Origin: Octopus sinensis
Taxonomy: Eukaryota
DNA length: 64,000 nucleotides
Direction: 5' to 3'
Assembly (NCBI RefSeq): GCF_006345805.1
Contig: NC_042998.1
Coordinates: 152,024,001 to 152,088,000, forward strand
Shown here: in pieces, positions 25,984 through 40,217 of the stretch
Numbering within the stretch: position 1 is the stretch's first letter
How the letters are laid out: each line of letters begins with the position of its first letter
Notes under the pieces: generated by a model
What the model was told of the DNA's origin: nothing
Seen by the model: only the letters and a program-made list of their open reading frames with translations
The model's database searches: none
Position numbers and translations under genes: made by a program

Positions 25984-26448
25984 GACTAACTGTCAGATAA
26001 GGTTACACCAGGCACAGGCATCACAATCATATGTGCGCGACATGGTGTTCTCATGTCAAAGTAAACAGCAGATGACACTGCAGGTGGGGCCCAGTTAGAA
26101 TTTTCTTCAAGTTGAATAGCCCATCCCGCTCAAATGGTCTCAGAATAAGGGTTGTTGAAAGATGTTGAATGAAACACTCATGTTTCCAAAGGTGAATTAT
26201 CCAAACCTCCAAGAATTCCTCTGAACACTTGGCTATGATGCTCCCCCATTAGTTCTGCTCGTGACCAGAGATGCACATATCATCAGCTACCGAGGAACAT
26301 GTTCAACTGGTTAAGGTCAAACAGCTGACAAATAAATCTGTGGTATTGAGCAGAATATTTGCTGTAGCCCATCTATTGTACATGATAACACTTCCAGCCA
26401 GTTAGGATCTGAAGTCATGGAGCCACTGTGTGGTACTGCATCACAGCA
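25984..26448 (-). mobile_element. Diverged copy of the ~550-bp (TAA)n-bounded non-coding repeat
   Basis: Reverse complement of 34403-34947; flanked by (TAT)n and ttatcattatt. Confidence 0.85.
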
Positions 26449-26900
26449 TTATCATTATTGTTACTAGGTTACTAACTTACTATGAAGAGTTAAGTAATAA
26501 TAATAATGATAATAATGGCAGAGGATTTCGCTAGTCTCCGAATCCACCACTCTCTGCGGTCTGTGTTCATACCACGTCTTTCCTCTCTCTAGTCTCCACT
26601 TTCCGCTAATGTATTCACGACGAAATTTAAGTGATTGAATGATTGACTGATTTATTGATTGACTGATTGATTGATTGCTATGGATATATATTAATGCTTC
26701 TTTATGTTGTAATAATAAAGAATTTTATATTAAACTGAAGGGTTACTCATTACTTTTGATAGAGTAGAAATTTATTATTCTATAACAGGGATAGTATTGC
26801 ACTGGCTTCGAAGCTTCAGCTAGCTAAGCCTTCATTGAACTGTATGATGATGGGTTAGTTATCGAAACTTCGATTACTTTATTGTTGTTAAAGAATTCTA

Positions 26901-28112
26901 TATTGGGTTGGCAACTAAGTACCCGCCGTTTTTTAAATTTAAATTTTTTAAAAGGTTTAATAAAATAACAACTAATCAATCAATAATTTCAAGATTTTCA
27001 ATACCTCGTTGGTAGAAATCACTCGATTTCAACTCGAAAAATTGATCCAACCAAACTCTCAATTCTCCATCAGTATTGAACGAAATTCCGCGCATAGCAT
27101 TTGAAAGAGATCGAAAGAGGTGGAAATCCGTTGGTGCCAAACCAGGAGAGTACGGCGGGTGTGGAAGCACTTCCCAGCCATGCGTTTGAATGTCTTCCTT
27201 GGTCATATTGGCGATATGAGGGCGGGCGTTGTCGTGCAGCAGAAGAACTCCATGTTGCCGAGTAGGTCTTTTCTCTTGAATAGCCGTGTTGAGTCGTTCC
27301 ATCTGTTGAACATAGAGTTCCATGTTGAGCGTTTGGTTCCGTTCAAGCAATTCGTAATGGATAATCATTTTCTAGTCCCACCATACGCACAACATCGTTT
27401 TACGCGGATGAAGATCTTGTTTCAAGAGCGGTGTCGCTTGTTTACCGGGGCTAAGCCATTCCTTACGCTGATTCATATTGATGTACAGGCATCATTTTCC
27501 GTCGCCAGTAACGATTCGGTAAAGAAATCGTTGTTTGTGTCCATGAGTTGAGCGGTGACGAGCAAGCAAACCAGCGGAGATTGTAGCTCCTTGATTTTTG
27601 TCGTTGTCACTTAAAGCATGCAGAGCCCATGCTCCATACTTCTGAACCTTTCCCATCGAGTGAAGATGTTTCTCTATAGCAGTATGGGAGCATCCATTTT
27701 CTCTGCCAGCTCCATTGTTATTGGACGAGAATTTTCGTGCAAAAGTTGGTTTAATGACTCTTCATCGAACTGGACGGCCAGAACGAGGTGCGTATTTGAG
27801 GTCAAAATTTCCATTTTTGAACTTGGTGTACCAATCACGAGCGGTTCTTTCAGCTATGGCACCCTCTCTATACACAGCACAAATGTCGCGAGCAGCTTTT
27901 GAGGACTTAGAACATTGATTAAAAACAAAAAGAAGATGTCGAAAATGCTTGTTTTTCTTAACTTGACATTCCATTTTAATGATCAGAAAATAAACAAAAA
28001 TTAACTAAAATTAACTAGAAAAAAAAATAGATTCCAAAATGATTCAAAAATAGAATTCTCGAAAAAAATAGATTCCAAAATTTTAAAAAATGGCGAGAAC
28101 CGTTGCCACATA
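26901..28112 (-). mobile_element. Near full-length mariner (DD34D) transposon, pseudogenised
   Basis: TIR tattgggttggcaactaagt at 26901 and a degenerate TIR at 28082-28112. ORFs MECQVKKNKHFRHLL...PRSGRP (27762-27974) and LLHDNARPH...HPPYSPGLAPTDFHLF (26976-27368). Confidence 0.92.
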
Positions 28113-28174
28113 TACATATACAACATGAGGACAAATATCCATCAAATGTAAATAATGTAAATAGCGTAAATAAT

Positions 28175-29400
28175 GTACATAATTCCTCATCTCTTAAATA
28201 AAGAACTGTATGTTTTTCTAAGGATTGTCAATACAATCTTTTGGATTTTTCTGAGACATGGTTCTCCTTGGATCTTAACTAGATGTTTCTGATATCCTTT
28301 TTTTATGATACCTAAGGCACCTACAATAACTGGAACAGTTCTCGTTTTAAGATGCCACATCTTTTGTATTTCAATTTCCAGGTTCTTATTATATTTACAA
28401 ATTCTTTGACAGATATATTTTAATTAGTGGGAACACTTACATCTATTAGTCTACAAGTATTTTCTTCATTGTCTTTAATAACTATGTCTGGTCGATTAGC
28501 CTGGATCTTTCTCATTTTTACCTTCAACGGCTGGGTCAGGATGATGTTCATACCAATAAGCAGGATTGCTGATTTTGTAGTGTTTACTTATTTTCCAATA
28601 TAAATACTGTCCTATCCTATCGTGGCGATTTTTGTATTCGTTTGGTATCAGCACAACATACGAGATGGTCTATTGTATCGTCAAATCTGTCGCAGAATCT
28701 GCATTTAGGATCAGAACCGTTTTGAAGAACGTTATCCTGGTAGTTATATTTTTTAACCATGATGCATTCAGGTTGAAATCTTTCTTTTCGTTCCAAATTT
28801 TTGACCAGAATGATTATAGATCTTGGGAGGGAGCTTTCTTAATGGTAATGTTTTCCTTCTTTCTGTATAATGCTTGTGGGTTGGAAGCAAACTTGCGATT
28901 GATATTGGCTCGTTCAAAAATGTGCATGCGATAGCGGAGTTTCTCTCTCGTCGTCTTGAGTTCATGTTTGAAAATGATTAGCTTTCTCTCAAGAGCTCGA
29001 TGTGAAGAGTTGGCATAAAGTTTCGTAAATTTTTGTCTAAGGTAGAGTTGGTGAGGTGTAAACTCATTTTTCTCCTTACATTTTATATGGCGGCGCACGT
29101 TGTTGATGATTTCTTTAAGTTTTGTTTTCCATGTAGATTGTTTCCGTTTAATAATTTCGTTATTTTGTTCACTGTAGATTTCTCCTAGGTGTTCTTTAAA
29201 AGTAATAACGGCTGTGTATATAAGAGTTTTAATATTCCAGTAATTAACATCACATGACACCATGTGCTCTTCAGCAACATCGTTGATAACCTTAAACATT
29301 AGATAGGTTGGATTTTTTCTCACTCTTCTTGGGAATGGTTTGTTGTTCAACGAAAGCTTCGCGAAAGTGGCAAAATTTATTGCGAATTGGAATTTTAAAC
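28175..29400 (-). mobile_element. R4/Dong element with N-terminal region fused directly to zinc knuckle and endonuclease (RT deleted)
   Basis: ORF 28814-29350 (…NINRKFASNPQALYR…KAPS), then IWNEKKDFNLNASWL, then at ~28742 NYQDNV..DPKCRFCDRFDDTIDHLV, WYEHHP, NRPDIV, VPVIVGALG. Confidence 0.75.
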
Positions 29401-29835
29401 TGTTTAGAGTAGGATATATTGAGTTGGATGTATTTAACTGAGTCAGCTAAATTTGGAGACACACTGGAATTTAGCGATGGCGGGAGCGGTGGTTTGTTTA
29501 CTATATTTTTTTACGCCGCTTCTGGCAGGTTTTGGCTCATTTTCAGTGTTTGAGAGGGTCGAGAACCAGTTGATTTGTCTTTTACAAAACATGCTTGTTA
29601 TCGGAGCTGTTTCGCCGTGAAGGTATTTAAGTTGTATATGTTTGTATGTATGTATGGATATATGTATATGTATATGTATGTATGTATGTAGGTATGTATG
29701 TATGTTTGTATGTATGTATGTATGTATGTATGTATGTATGTATGTATGTATGTATGTATGTATGTATGCATGTATGTATATATGTATGTATATATGTATA
29801 TAAGTATAGTGAGAGAGGGGAGGAGAAAGAGCGAA

Positions 29836-29886
<51 letters not shown>

Positions 29887-30437
29887 CAGACAGTTAGACA
29901 GACATACAGATAAATACATACATATATACATATCGATTAGATGGTCGTAGTGATATACACTAAGAGAACTCTATTACAGAATAGGGGTAATTGATATTTT
30001 TTCTTCTAATATTAAGGATAGACGGTACAACTTACAACTCTTCAGAGAAGACCTATATACTAATATGTTTGCATGCACACACCAAAAGACACGTTCACAT
30101 TCATATATTTATGTGTGCGAGTGTGTTGTTTCTATGTTTCAAATAGATACTAGTGAAATACATCTAGACATGTAGATATATCGTACTATCTCTCTACCAT
30201 CTTTACTTGTTCTTCCGACTCATAACTTAAACCCCGCCTACGTCTTTCTCTCAGTTTCACGGTCTCACGCGAACACATACACTCACGCATAGCTAAGTGT
30301 GTGTATTTGCGTGCGTGTAGGCATATATCTAGCTACATACGTAGATATATACAAATATATCGCACACATATACTCGCTAAAATAATATGTACGCAGATAT
30401 GTGTGTATATAAATGTATATGTGTATATTTATGTATA

Positions 30438-30527
<90 letters not shown>

Positions 30528-30613
30528 CATAGACACACATTGTACTAACACTCATATACATACATACTTACGTATGTACATGCATACATATACAGGTACA
30601 TGTACACAACAGA

Positions 30614-30664
<51 letters not shown>

Positions 30665-31914
30665 GAAGAGGAAGATAGAGATTATAGAAGGCTACCAATA
30701 CTGTTTAGGAAATGAGATTAAGGCAAGTCGAGATTCGGTAAAGTCGTTAGTGGAGTCGGTCCTAACCGTATTAGGAGCGGCTCTGAAGCAGGTTTTGGTC
30801 GTCTTTGTCGTCGTCATCGTCATCACTGCGACGGTGGTGTTGGAGGAAGAAATGAAGTATTCATTATATTTGTACTGGCCCACCATCTTTTCTATTTTAC
30901 CTTTATACCACATTCAACATTCCAGAATCTAAAACAATCCACCGCTACCACTTCAACAGCTGAAACTACCACTCCTACTATTACCCATACATCATCATCA
31001 TCATCATCACTGATGTAAGTAGTTAAAATTACTGATACTTCATGGACAGCAACACCGCCACAAACACTACAACAGTAACACTACCGATGCAGTAACCCTA
31101 CCCCACCACCACCACTACCACTATTACTACATGACATCAACGCTGTCGTTATATTTGCTCACCCCACTTCACCCCCACTGTAAACACCAATCTATTTTAC
31201 AATCAACACATCCTCCTACGACCGACCCACCACCACGAACCGAGACAACACTGAGCATGAACATGACCGGTCAACCTACTAGAAGCAGAAACTAAATTTC
31301 CCTCATACCACAGCCTACTGTTCAAGAATAAGATATTTTCTCATCACGTGGCACTGGATTACCTGCCCTTAGACACAGGTTGATCACGGATAGAATTCCA
31401 TTGACCACAGATTGATTAGGCCTAAACAATAACAGCTCGCGAAAAAAAGCTGCAAAATCTCCTTCAAGTTATAACCTACTGTTTTGACAACAGTGTGATA
31501 TACTGAATAAATGTACTCCTAAATAGACAATGCTTGAGAGCACAGGATGGTCATAACTACATTATCTTTGATCATTGATCCTCTATTGGTCTATCAAATT
31601 TCCCCCAATTCACAGCCAACCGTCTTAGGAAAGATTCATTGCACAGAAAAATAGGAGATGGTTACTGTTGGAATAACTTTGTTCACGGGTCTGCTCTGTT
31701 ACGGCTGAACTAAGCAGCAACAACATAAGCCAGCCTGAGCTGAGCCTGAACATGACCACTCCACCAGCTTGAAATAACAACCAAATTACCTTCAAAACTG
31801 CCCCTATTGGTTTCAGAAAGAACACATTAGATAACACAGTCTATTTCATCAGGATGGCTATAGCAAGAACACGGTTCATTATAGATCTACTCAATTACTG
31901 CCGATTTATAACTA

Positions 31915-31947
31915 GACCATCATCAGCACATCCTCATCATCGTCCTC

Positions 31948-32038
<91 letters not shown>

Positions 32039-32660
32039 ATCATCATCATCAATAGCATCATCATCTCTAACACAAATTTTGCAGTCACCACCACCACCAA
32101 CATCATCTTGACCACCACCACCGCCACCACTACCACCCCAATATCACCACCATCATCATCACACCCACCACCACTCTCACCACCACCAACACCATCACCA
32201 TTAGTACCACCACCATTACTACCATCACCACCACCACTACATCATTATTTACTTAAGGAAATGGTTGAAGCCATATATTCACTACGACTATGACGACAAT
32301 GGATCTCATTTCCGTTCTCTCTTCAGTTCTTTCCGTCAAATCTCCATCGCAGTAACTCTATTCCTCCCATGATCACCACCTCAACACATCACCAGACTTA
32401 TCACTACCATTACAACTACCATCGTCTCCATCACCAGTACCGCCATCACAATTTTCGCCAACACCAGCGCCACGATCATCACTACAACTACCTTCATCCT
32501 CATCCCCAACCACTATTGCAATTAGCATATTCACCATCACTATTACCACCACCGTCATTACCATCACCACCAACAATAACAAACGCTACCACAATCCTCA
32601 CAATCACCAAAACTTCTATACCCAATACCACACCACCACTACCACCACTTTAACTACAAC
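31915..32660. repeat. Compound (CAT)n/(CAC)n low-complexity tract
   Basis: Directly visible; it explains the poly-H, poly-D and poly-T ORFs. Confidence 0.9.
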
Positions 32661-33069
32661 CATGAAAATCACTCATTATATCTCAGTAAGAATATATACT
32701 CAATATATTGTTTATATATTGTTATACATTATGTGATATAAAATACATATCGTTATATGTTGTTATATATTGTTAATACTCAAATAATAGCCGATATAAA
32801 TGTTGGTTGGTTGGTTGATTCGTTCGTTCGTGTGTCGGTTACTTACTTAAAGTGTCCAGTCACCCTTTACATCGCACATAGGAAGGGAAAGAAAGAGAGG
32901 GGGCAAAGACAGATACTGAGAAAGTTAAGAAGTTATGAGTGCACATACTAGGCTTAGTGGCAGAGAAAGAATCATGGAGACAGAGGAGGAAGGGGAGGAG
33001 GATGAAGACGAGGATAAGGAGGACGAGGATAAGAAGGACGAGGAAACGCATGTACACATGCATGCAACT

Positions 33070-33830
33070 CAGTTTTAAAATCACAATACTAATCTTAAAG
33101 AAGTTTATTTCTTAGATATTAATATGAACCTTAACAGAAACAAATATAAGCCTTCTCACAAACCTAATGAGGATACAGCTGTCATCGATAGATGCTCTCT
33201 AACCATCCACCACTAATTAGTTAATAAGTAGGCGTATTTACAATCTCTCCTTTCATGACGCAACCTTCCAAAAGGCAGCTCCATATTACGATGCCGCTTT
33301 GGAAAGATCTCCTTTTAAGAACAATATAACCTATATCTAACCAAATTTGGATGTCCGAAAAGACACAGACATAGAAAAATATTGTGGTATAACTTTCCAT
33401 ACAACATGAACGTGGCTGCAACTTTAGCTAGATGAATTCTGAAACTTATAGACCCCCACTTTGAACGCGCACATAAATACCACGAGATCTCTAATAGTAA
33501 CACACTAAAAGTTATCTATAATTGCCTTTCTGACATAGGTTCGATGATATTAAAAGACACTAAGAAAAATAGCATTGGGAACACTGCAAATAGATCTTGT
33601 AATTTCACATTCCTCTGAAACATTCCTCTGAATAAAAAGTACCTGGAAAAAGAACTGGTTTACAAGATCATTACAGACAGACTGTAAAAAATTGGAATGA
33701 CAAAGAAACGTACATGTACTTGACAGAAGATTAAAAGATTTGTAAAACCTTAACTTACAAATAACTGGAGTATCATAGCTTCACGTCGACCTTACCGCCT
33801 ATCTAGCCATGACAAATTAATATATTATAG
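33070..33830 (+). mobile_element. Decayed Penelope-like element (RT thumb to GIY-YIG)
   Basis: TNLKEVYFLDINMNLNRNKYKPSHKPN, AAPYYDAALERS, ILKLIDPHF...NTLKVIYNC; same family type as 51540-52545. Confidence 0.75.
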
Positions 33831-34325
33831 TTAATAATAATGAAGTTCACTTCCGTTAATTTTGACATATAAGTATTAGGAGTAGATTTAAAACAAGCGA
33901 GAGAGAGAAAGAGAGAGAGAAAATAACTTTACAAATAAAAGAAGCTGCGCCTATATGCGATGGATGCATGAATATATATTAAGTCCAAGTATGGATTTTG
34001 CTGTAAAGTCACAATAGAGACGCTGATAATTTTGATTTTGCTTGGGATTGGGCGATGAGTCTGTTGATTGTAGGATATAATTCCTTTATTGTTCTGTTTC
34101 TTCAACTCAAATTGTTTTAATGTATAATAACACATTTTACGCCTTGCCGATCGATCTAGGTAATGACTTTCCCAAGATGTCAAATTAAGGTGTAGAAACT
34201 TTAGTGATTGCTTCAACTTATCCTTATGCTTAAGGACGGGACTTCCCTTACCGCAGTTTTCTTCTATTTATTGACCATGCAAAAGAATTTCCGAAAAAAT
34301 GTTAGAGAGGTAATTATAGATAACT

Positions 34326-34389
<64 letters not shown>

Positions 34390-34402
34390 TGATGATGATG
34401 AA

Positions 34403-34947
34403 TGCCCTGATGCAGTACCAGGCATGGCTTCTGATCTTAACTGACTGGAAGTGTTATCATGTCCATTGTTTTGTCTTGGTATAAAAGATGGGCTACAGCA
34501 AATATTCTGCTCAGTACCACAGATTTGTTTGTCAGTTGTTTGACCTTAACCATTTGAGCATGTCCTTTAGTGGCTAACGATATGTACATCTCTGATCATG
34601 AGCAGAAGTAGTGGGGGAGCATCATAGCCATGTGTTGAGAGGGATTCTTTGGGGTTTGAATGATTCACCTCTGGAAACATGGGTGTTTCATTCAACATCC
34701 TTAAACAACCCTTAATCAGGGACCTTTTGAGTGGGATGGGTTACCCAACCAGAAGAAAATTCTAACTGGGCCCCACCCGCAAGGTCATGCGCTGTTTATC
34801 TTGATATGAGATCACCATGTGACGCACATATGGTTGTGATGCATGTGCCTGGTGTACCCTTATCAGACGGGTAGTCAAGATGGGTATACTGGGCTTCGTA
34901 TATTTTACCCCAGCGTCACTTTGATGGCATGTACTGCTCTCTCACTC
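34403..34947 (+). mobile_element. ~550-bp non-coding repeat bounded by (AAT)n, copy 1
   Basis: Begins tgccctgatgcagtac, ends ctctctcactc then (AAT)n; tandem copy at 34987-35541. Confidence 0.9.
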
Positions 34948-34986
34948 AATAATAATAATAATATTAATAATAATAATAATAATAAA

Positions 34987-35541
34987 TGCCCTGATGCAGT
35001 ACGAGGCAGTGGCTCTCATGGCTTTTGATCTTAACTGATTGGAAGTGTTATCATGTACATTGTTTTGTCTTGGTATAAAAGATGGGCTACAGCAAATATT
35101 CTGCTCAATACCACAGATTTGCTTGTCAGTTGTTTGACCATAACCAGTTGAGCATGTCCCTTAGTGGCTGACGATATGTGCATCTCTGATCACGAGCAGA
35201 AGTAGTGGGGGAGCATCATAGCCATGTGTTGAGAAGGATTCTTTGGGGTTTGAATAATTCACCTCTGGAAACATGGGTGTTTCGTTCAACGTCCTTAAAC
35301 AACCCTTATTCAGGGACCTTTTGAGCGGGATGGGTTACTCGATCTGAAGAAAATTCTAACTGGGCTCCACTTGCAAGGTCATGTGCTGTTTATCTTGATA
35401 TGAGATCACCATGTCGCGCACATATGGTTGTGATGCATGTGCCTGGTGTACCCTTATCAGACAGGTAGTCATGATGGGTATACTGGGCTTCGTATATTTT
35501 ACCCCAGTGTCACTTTGATGGCATGCTCTGCTCGCTCACTC
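34987..35541 (+). mobile_element. ~550-bp non-coding repeat, copy 2 (head-to-tail with copy 1)
   Basis: Same termini; separated from copy 1 by (AAT)n. Confidence 0.9.
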
Positions 35542-35561
35542 AATAATAATAATAATAATAA

Positions 35562-36582
35562 TGTCTGAACTGGTACGCCAGAATTCTCTTAACTAGTACG
35601 TCACAATTGCCTTAACTGGCACGTCACACATATTGAGAAAAGCATATTGTCTTAACTTGTATGTCACACGTATTGTGGAGAGCATATTGTCTTAACTGGA
35701 ACGTCATACATATTAAGAAGAGCATATTGTCTTAACTGCTACATCACACGTACTGAGAAGAGCTAACGTCACACACTGAGAAGAACATACTGTACGTCAC
35801 ACGTATTGAGAAGAGAATATTGTCTAAGCTAGTACGTCACAGGTATTGACACGAGTATATTGTCTTAACTGGTACGTCACACGTACTGAGAAGAGCTTAT
35901 TGCCTAAGCTGGTTTGTCATACGCATTGAGAAGAGCATATTGTCTTAACTGGCACGTCACACATATTGAGAAGAGCATATTATCTCAGCTGGTACATCAC
36001 AGGTATTGTGAAGATCATATTGTCTAAACTGCTACATCACACGTATTGAGAAGAGCTTATTGTCTTAACTGGTACATCACACGTACTGAGAGGAACATAT
36101 TGTCTAAATTGGTATGTCACATGTATTGAGAAAAGCTTATTATCCTAACTGGTACGTTACACGTATTGAGAACAGCAGATTGTCTAAGCTGGTACGTCAC
36201 AGGTATTGAGAAGATCACATTGTCTAAGCTGGTACACGACATGTATTGAGAAGAGCATATTGTTATAACTGGTACGTCACACATATTGAGAAGAGTATAT
36301 TGTCTAAGCTGGTACGTCACACATATTGAGAAGAGCATATTGTCTTAACTGGCACATCACACGTATTGAAAAGAGCATGTTGTCTTAACTGGTACGTCAT
36401 ATATATTGAGAAGAGCATAGTGTCTTAACTGGTACGTCACACATACTGAGAAGAGCATGTTGTCTTAATTGGTACGTCATATATATTGAGAAGAGCATAG
36501 TGTCTTAAATGGTACGTCATACATACTGAGAAGAGCTTATTGTCTTAACTGGTACGTCACACATATTAAGAAGAGCATTGTC
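35562..36582. repeat. 40-bp minisatellite, about 25 units
   Basis: Consensus tattgtcttaactggtacgtcacacgtattgagaagagca; period 40 (agcatattgt at 35641 and 35681). Confidence 0.95.
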
Positions 36583-36806
36583 ACTGTGAATGTTCCTTCC
36601 TTTCTCCCCTTTATTTGTTTACTCCTTTATCTTTTTTAATTTTCATTTTCCTCTCTGTGTTTCCCTTTTTCTCTATCACTTGACTTTGTAAATGAACAAT
36701 CTGATGTGTTTATTTTAATGGCCTCCCTATGTATACAGTACGTTTCTCTGCCCTAGGTGTCAAGAAGACACTCGGTAAGAAATGGAAACTGAATTGCAAA
36801 AGATGC

Positions 36807-36809
<3 letters not shown>

Positions 36810-36837
<28 letters not shown>

Positions 36838-36936
36838 AAGAAGAAGAAGAAGAAAGAAGAAGAAGAAGAAGAAGAAGAAGAAGAAGAAGAAGAAGAAGAA
36901 GAAGAAGAAGAAGAAGAAGAAGAAGAAGAAGAAGAA
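36810..36936. repeat. (AAG)n microsatellite
   Basis: Directly visible. Confidence 0.95.
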
Positions 36937-36939
36937 AAT

Positions 36940-37530
36940 TGTAGAGTTTATCATAGCAGGCCAAGTTCAAGGCCTTCCTACAAAGAGCTACCAGGCCAAC
37001 ATATTAAAGAACGGCAATAGCCCATGGCATGTATGTAAGCAACAAAATGATATAATCGATCATGTCTCCATGTGTAGGTTTTTTGCACCTACAGAGTATC
37101 TCAACAGGCATGATAGAGCTGGAGAGTATATTCACTGGACAATTTGCAAAAACTTGGACCTGCCCCATGATAAAATCGACATAAATGTATCTGTCTAAAA
37201 CCTACCAAAAGCTGAGCAACTATAAAGATCTCGAAATAGAAATTGGCAAGATGTGGAATCTCAAGACTAAAACAATACCCGTTGGCATAGATGCCTTGGG
37301 AATGATAGTAAGAGGGGCTGATTACTATGTAGCTCAGAGGCCAGGAAACCCCAAAATGGCAGACATCCAAAAAATAGTGTTCATGGAACCTGCCCATATC
37401 CTACGTAAAATTCTGTGTATGTAATCTCAAATTTTGAAACAAACAAACTTGAACTTCTAACTTGCTGTCTCTTGAGGTCTGTGTGAGATTTGGAGTGGAG
37501 TTGTACAAATACAAAGCAAAACAAAAACAT
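36940..37530 (+). mobile_element. R4/Dong 3' fragment with 3' UTR and (TAA)n tail
   Basis: QVQGLPTKSYQANILK, EYLNRHDRAGEYIHW, KYKDLEIEIGKMWNLKTKTIPVGIDALG, PAHILRKIL. Confidence 0.85.
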
Positions 37531-37559
37531 ATAATGATGATAATAATAATAATAACTTA

Positions 37560-37935
37560 CTAACCTGGGAAAAATCGATTATAAGAAAGTGTATGACATG
37601 GTCCCCCATTCCTGGATTCTAGAAAATCTTGAGCTAGTACAGGTGCCTGATAACATCAAATTTTATTAGGAGATCAATGAAGAACTGGAATACAAAGTCA
37701 GTTTCATGTGAAAAATATTTGGCGAGGATCAAGTGAGGCATATTTCAAGGAGATAGCCTATCACCATTGTTGTTTGTGATTTGTACGATAACCCTCACAC
37801 TGGTACTACGGAAAGTGACAGCGGGATATACCTTGATAAGTGGAGGAAAATTAAACCATCTGTTATATATGGATGTCATCCATATATAAGTACAAACTGC
37901 TAAAAGACGAAATAGTAAGATGTGGTCTATGAGGA
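37560..37935 (+). mobile_element. R4/Dong RT fragment
   Basis: IDYKKVYDMVPHSWI, GIFQGDSLSPLLFV, LNHLLYMD. Confidence 0.85.
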
Positions 37936-37949
37936 GAGTGTCTGCCATT

Positions 37950-38215
37950 GCAGGTAGTTGTAGGGACACACGGAGCACTAATAACCAAGTTTGAGAATTA
38001 TGTCAGAGAAATTGGAATTGACATGAGAGCAGAGCAAGACCAAATAACCGAACAGTTGGAGACAGCTAAGATTTTGAACCTGATACTTGGATGTTTAATG
38101 TCTTCCACAATAATTAACAACCAAGTATCAATGCTTATAATGTGCGGAAAGAGGCTGATGTCCGCTCTCACAGAATCAACCAGGGCAAACAAAACCGAGC
38201 GGTCTGAGAAGTAAA
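37950..38215 (+). mobile_element. R4/Dong extreme 3' fragment
   Basis: VVVGTHGALITKFENYVREIGI...ETAKILNLIL followed by (AAC/AAT)n. Confidence 0.65.
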
Positions 38216-38229
38216 ACAACAACAATAAT

Positions 38230-38443
38230 AATAATGGTTTCAAATTTTGCCACAAAGCTATTTGCGGGGAAGGGATGAGTCAATTACATAGATCTCAGTG
38301 TTCAACTGGTACTTATTTTATCGAACCTGAAAGGATGAAAGGCAAAGTAGACCTCGACGGAAATTGAACTCAGAACGTACCGACAGGTAAAATACTACTA
38401 AGCCTTTCGTCCAGGGTGCTAACGATTTTGCAGCTCACCGCCT

Positions 38444-38444
<1 letters not shown>
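38230..38444 (-). mobile_element. SINE family A
   Basis: Reverse complement begins aaggcggtgagctgcaaaatcgttagcacc and includes ctgagttcaatttccgtcgagg. Confidence 0.8.
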
Positions 38445-38498
<54 letters not shown>

Positions 38499-38574
38499 CA
38501 ACAACAACAACAACAAAAACAACAACAACAACAGCAACAACAACAACAACAATAATGATAATACTAATAATACT

Positions 38575-39467
38575 GTACAAGCAATTGAAATGATTGAAAC
38601 TGAAAATAGATGGATAAAGAAAACAATGCATGGACAATTTCATAGGGATATTGAAGATAATAAGACAGACAGAGAAAGCAAATGGCTGTTGATGACTAAA
38701 AGTGATTAAAAACTGGAAATGGAGGCTCTAATCTGTGCTGCCCAACAGCAGCCACCAAGAACGAGCTACATAAAATACAGAGTAGACAACACACCAGAAA
38801 GTGATAAGTGCAGAATCTGTGGACAAAATGGTAAAACTGTATGGCGCATCACCAGACAATGTACGCCACTAACCAAGAAGGAATATAAGAGACGCCACGA
38901 CAATATAGCAAGGCTTGTCCATTGGACACTTTGCAACAAGTATGGACTTGACAGAGCAAAAAAATTGGTACGACCACAAACCCGAAGGCATCATCGAAAA
39001 TGATAATGCAAAGATTCTGTGGTATTTTATGATTCAGTGCGACCATAAGATAGAGAATAGGAAGAGTAGGAAGCCCGACATAGTCTTAATTGAAAAAGAA
39101 AACAAACTATGCTGGATCATAGATATAGCATGTCCAACTGACAACAAGGTATGCGATAAGGAAGAAAGAAAAGTCGATAGGTGCGACAGGTTAGTTTGGG
39201 CGGTAAAGCAGTTGTGGTCGATGAAAAAGGTGGTAGTGGAACCAATGATTGTCGGAAACATGGGAACAAAGAGTAAAAATCTCGAGAAGTACATGGAACA
39301 AATAGGGGCTGCAATAAGGGTGGAGCACTTGCAGAAAACAGCACTGCTTGGAACCGCTCGAATACTCCGAAAGCTGCTCGAAAAATATGAGGTGTTACCT
39401 TCGTTCACTGGTAGTGGAAAGCTGACACAGTAGTACATCTCCAGCATTAGAAGCAGTGCAAAGGCAA
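38575..39467 (+). mobile_element. R4/Dong 3' fragment (zinc knuckle and RLE endonuclease) between two (TAA)n tracts
   Basis: MHGQF, EALICAAQ, KCRICGQ, YKRRHDNIARLVHW, KPDIVLIEKENKLCWIIDIACP, LLGTARILRKLL; (AAT)n on both sides. Confidence 0.92.
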
Positions 39468-39472
39468 TTATG

Positions 39473-39556
<84 letters not shown>

Positions 39557-39569
39557 TAATAATGATAAC

Positions 39570-39626
<57 letters not shown>

Positions 39627-39793
39627 TTTTTTTTTAATTTATTTTTTATTTTTATGTATTAGACATTCACTAGTACAACACCAAAAAAAAACCCCCAAAT
39701 ATATGGCACAGAACTTTCAACCTGTTGTCTCTTGAGGTCTCTGGGTGAGACTTGGAGCCAACTTGTACAGACATAAAGCAAAAGTCAAACATA

Positions 39794-39894
<101 letters not shown>

Positions 39895-40217
39895 TTGCTT
39901 GTCAGTTGTTATTGTTTTGTCTTGGTATAAAAGATGGGCTACAGCAAATATTCTGCTCAATACCACAGATTTGCTTGTCAGTTGTTTGACCTTAACCAGT
40001 TGAGCATGTCCCTTAGTGGCTGACGATATGTGCATCTCTGATCACGAGCAGAAGTAGTGGGGGAGCATCATAGCCATGTGATCACCATGTCGCGCACATA
40101 TGGTTGTGATGCATGTGCCTGGTGTACCCTTATCAGACGGGTAGTCATGATGGGTATACTGGGCTTCGTATATTTTACCCCAGTGTCACTTTGATGGCAT
40201 GCTCTGCTCGGTCACTC
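39895..40217 (+). mobile_element. Internally deleted copy of the ~550-bp repeat
   Basis: Junction gccatgtg|atcaccatg at ~40080 removes the middle; (AAT)n on both sides. Confidence 0.85.

Noticed and set aside
30660-31900. Unique-looking sequence as a coding region
   Set aside because: All frames are interrupted by stops and no domain is recognisable.
35562-36582. CRISPR-like array
   Set aside because: Contiguous 40-bp units without unique spacers, in a eukaryotic context: a minisatellite.
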